Source: a virus
Lineage: Duplodnaviria; Caudoviricetes
Strand: one strand, 5' to 3'
IMG/VR virus record: IMGVR_UViG_3300045410_000021
Coordinates: 1-26,941 of that record
Length of the DNA stretch: 26,941 nt
Within the stretch, counting starts at the first letter, position 1; each line of letters opens with the position of its first letter. The notes under the pieces were generated by a model. That model did not search any database. It was not told the DNA's origin and was given only the letters and a program-made list of their open reading frames with translations. Positions 24,597-26,941 of the stretch are shown piece by piece. The position numbers and the translations under genes were made by a program.

Positions 24597-26197
24597 CACG
24601 CCGCTTCGAACATCGCCGCAATGTCGTCCTGCGCGAACGCCGCATCGTCCCGCTGCAGAGCCTCGGTCGCTGCCACGCCCCGCGCCATCGTCAGCGCCAC
24701 CATACCATCGATCCGCCCCCGGCTGCGAACCTTGTCGAGCTTGCGATTGCCGGCAGGATCGGGATGCACCACCGCGTTGGCCGCGCACATCCGCAGCACC
24801 GGGTGGTTGCCATGGGCGATGCGCTCGTTGAGTAGGTCAGTCTCAAGGTCGCGCAGCGCCGGACTCATGCTCTGGTAGCCCTGCCCAAATTGCACGAACT
24901 TCAGCTCGATCTCGCGTTCGCTGAAGCCGGCCTTGAGCAGCCACGGGCGGAAGTGGACCCATGCCCAGCGGTCAAAGCCGACCTTGCGGATGTCCAGATC
25001 ATCGAACAGGCCGCGCAGGTGGTTGGCGACGAACTCGTAATCGACGCTCTTGCCGGGCGTGGTGGCGAGCGACTTCTCCTGGTGATCGCAGGTTGTGGCC
25101 TTGCTGAGCACGCAGGCCACGCACTTCGCCGCCCACACGTCGTATTCAACGACGTCCTGCCGGGCGCGCTCGCGCAGCCCTTCCTCGGGCAGCCAGAATG
25201 TCGGCTTGACGTGCCACACCTGCTTGTGAGGCGCAATCAGCGCCAACGCCGTCAAATCTGTCGTCGAGGACAGATCCAGCCCGCCGTACACCGGCAGGCC
25301 CTTGAAGCTCTCGATCACCGGCCCGCCGCACGCTTGCCACACGCTCTTGGACACGAACGGATTGAAACGCTCGACCCTCTGGTTGAGGATCAGGTTGCGA
25401 TACTCGGCCTCCCTGCTCGGCATGCGTCGTGCGCCCTCGGCCATGTCCAGAACCTCGCGGCGGTTCATGAACAGATCCAAGGCCGGGTTGGCCTGCTTGA
25501 TCGTCTCCGGATCGAATGGATCGGCGTCGGGGTCCGCCGACTGGAGCCGCAGCACCGTGCGGGGGTCAGCGCCAGTCTTGGCATCGTCGATCAGCTTCGA
25601 AAGCAGGTCCGCATCAGTAGGCGCCTGCGTGCTGATGATGACCGACAACGGATTCTCTTGAGCGGCCGTTGCGGTTTCCATCGCCTCGTATAGCGGTGAG
25701 CGCGGCCCCTTCACTTGCCCGAGCTCATCATGGACGTTCAGCACTGGCGAGAGACCGAAGGCTGTAGGGGCATCAGCGCTCAACGCCTTGTAGAACGTTC
25801 CCAGCTCAGGGCACAGCAACTCCTTGGCCGTGTCGCGGATCACCACCACGGCGTTGAGGGTAGGCGACATGCGGACGATCTTCGCAGCCAGACCATGCAG
25901 GATGGCCGCCTGGTCCCGGCTCTGCGCGTCGCTGTAGAGGCTCGAGTTGCGCCGCGCCTCATGGCTGCACAGGTGCAGCAGCAGGATCATCGCGGCCTCG
26001 GTAGTCTTAGCGTTCTTGCGGCCTCTCGTGATGATCGCGCGCCTTGTGCCGTGCGGGTTGTCGTAAATCGCCTTGAAGTCGTCGACCATGAACGGCGCAA
26101 CCTTCAACGGCTGGCCGACGAACTTGCCTTCGGGCACGCGGCAGTGGGCTTCGATCCACGCGATGTTGCGCTCGGCGCGGGTTGGGCTAGGGGGCAT
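24596..26197 (-). CDS. terL: Terminase large subunit, Terminase_1/HK97-like (533 aa)
   Basis: Walker A GRKNAKTT, Walker B VHDELG, coupling motif ISTQ; nuclease motifs GLDLSSTTDLTA, FDRW and RIDGMVAL. Confidence 0.95.
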   Translation of the reverse strand: MPPSPTRAERNIAWIEAHCRVPEGKFVGQPLKVAPFMVDDFKAIYDNPHGTRRAIITRGRKNAKTTEAAMILLLHLCSHEARRNSSLYSDAQSRDQAAILHGLAAKIVRMSPTLNAVVVIRDTAKELLCPELGTFYKALSADAPTAFGLSPVLNVHDELGQVKGPRSPLYEAMETATAAQENPLSVIISTQAPTDADLLSKLIDDAKTGADPRTVLRLQSADPDADPFDPETIKQANPALDLFMNRREVLDMAEGARRMPSREAEYRNLILNQRVERFNPFVSKSVWQACGGPVIESFKGLPVYGGLDLSSTTDLTALALIAPHKQVWHVKPTFWLPEEGLRERARQDVVEYDVWAAKCVACVLSKATTCDHQEKSLATTPGKSVDYEFVANHLRGLFDDLDIRKVGFDRWAWVHFRPWLLKAGFSEREIELKFVQFGQGYQSMSPALRDLETDLLNERIAHGNHPVLRMCAANAVVHPDPAGNRKLDKVRSRGRIDGMVALTMARGVAATEALQRDDAAFAQDDIAAMFEAA

Positions 26198-26411
26198 CGC
26201 GCAGCAGGGCGTTTAGCTCGAGCGACATGCGTTCCGTGGCGTCCTTTGTCCACGCCTCAATACGCGCTCTTTGAGCGGGCGTGAACACGACACCAGAGGC
26301 ATTAAGCTTTCGACCGATGCTGTTGAACACCTCGAACTCTTCGGGAGCGTCCATGTCGTAAATCCGCATCACGGCTACCACGACGTGCTTCTCGCCATAC
26401 TCGTCGCTCAT
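26187..26411 (-). CDS. Hypothetical protein between terS and terL (74 aa)
   Basis: ATGA overlap with the terS stop and an 11-nt overlap with the terL start. Confidence 0.6.
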   Translation of the reverse strand: MSDEYGEKHVVVAVMRIYDMDAPEEFEVFNSIGRKLNASGVVFTPAQRARIEAWTKDATERMSLELNALLRDAP

Positions 26412-26833
26412 CCCGCCTGCTCCCAAGGCTTGCGCCCCGTGCTCGCGTGCCTCGACGCCGTGCCAGCAGCCTGCGGCGTGTAGCGCGACTGGTTCGTCAG
26501 CCGCAGCTTCGTCGCCTTGTCCGCCAGCGCCCTCGTCTCCCGGTCGCGCAGCTTCAGCAACTCGCCGTAGTGAGACATGACATCGGCGGAGCCAAGCGTC
26601 GCAGGCGAGGTGCCGTCAATCAGCTTGGCCAGCGTATCTGCCGCCTCGACGTGCCGGCAGTACTCCTTCAGCAACCCCTGCAACGCCGCCGTGGCGAAGA
26701 ACGACGCAGCCTCGCTCGCAACCACACGCCGCCACACCTCGGTCTGAAACTTCGTCAGGTCGGCAGGCGGCGAGGGGCGGCCGTCGATCGTGCCGGCGAC
26801 AACCGAGAGGGACGCGGCGGATTTACGTGGCAT
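26408..26833 (-). CDS. terS: Terminase small subunit, P27-family-like (141 aa)
   Basis: Start ATG26833 (MPRKSAASL). PSPPADLT...VWRRVV, LLKEYCRH and ATKLRLTNQSRY...KPWE. Lies upstream of terL. Confidence 0.85.
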   Translation of the reverse strand: MPRKSAASLSVVAGTIDGRPSPPADLTKFQTEVWRRVVASEAASFFATAALQGLLKEYCRHVEAADTLAKLIDGTSPATLGSADVMSHYGELLKLRDRETRALADKATKLRLTNQSRYTPQAAGTASRHASTGRKPWEQAG

Positions 26834-26846
26834 GCTATCACTCGCT

Positions 26847-26933
26847 AAAGGTGCCAGATACTTACGAAACGTACCTACGAAAAGGTGCCAGATACTAAGA
26901 AAAACCCCCATAGGGGGCAATGGTTTAGCGGCG
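26847..26933. promoter_or_regulatory. Putative cos/packaging-initiation region with 16-bp direct repeats
   Basis: AAAGGTGCCAGATACT at 26847-26862 and 26881-26896, and a CCCCC-ATA-GGGGG dyad at 26905-26917. AT-rich and immediately upstream of terS. Confidence 0.55.
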
Positions 26934-26941
26934 AATTTCGG

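Noticed and set aside
26847-26896. Mini CRISPR array
   Set aside because: Only two 16-bp repeats with an 18-bp spacer and no cas genes; the position fits a packaging or regulatory site.

Overview
GC-rich, probably alphaproteobacterial (inference), tailed-phage or prophage late region read almost entirely on the minus strand. Gene order from the right end: putative cos region, TerS, TerL (Terminase_1/HK97-like motifs), small ORFs, a stand-alone degenerate terminase nuclease domain, large portal, scaffold, major capsid protein, decoration/minor head proteins, head-tail adaptor, free-standing NUMOD4-HNH endonuclease, tail nozzle, three putative ejection proteins, then five tail fibre/receptor-binding proteins. 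There is no tape measure or tail tube/sheath, so the virion is probably podovirus-like. No integrase, lysis or replication genes were recognised. Main observations: (1) a 268-nt ORF-less group I intron (18751-19018) splits the major capsid gene, and splicing restores a 318-aa protein. (2) A compact antisense promoter-(GGCNN)x10-terminator unit (about 13229-13388) looks like an undescribed small RNA gene. (3) A cos-type terminase sits with a podovirus-type portal and a second, apparently nuclease-dead terminase C-terminal domain. (4) Several plus-strand cargo genes interrupt the operon: a Tat/Sec exported pair, a 36-aa membrane peptide and a lipoprotein. All family assignments come from motif recognition by eye; no searches were run.
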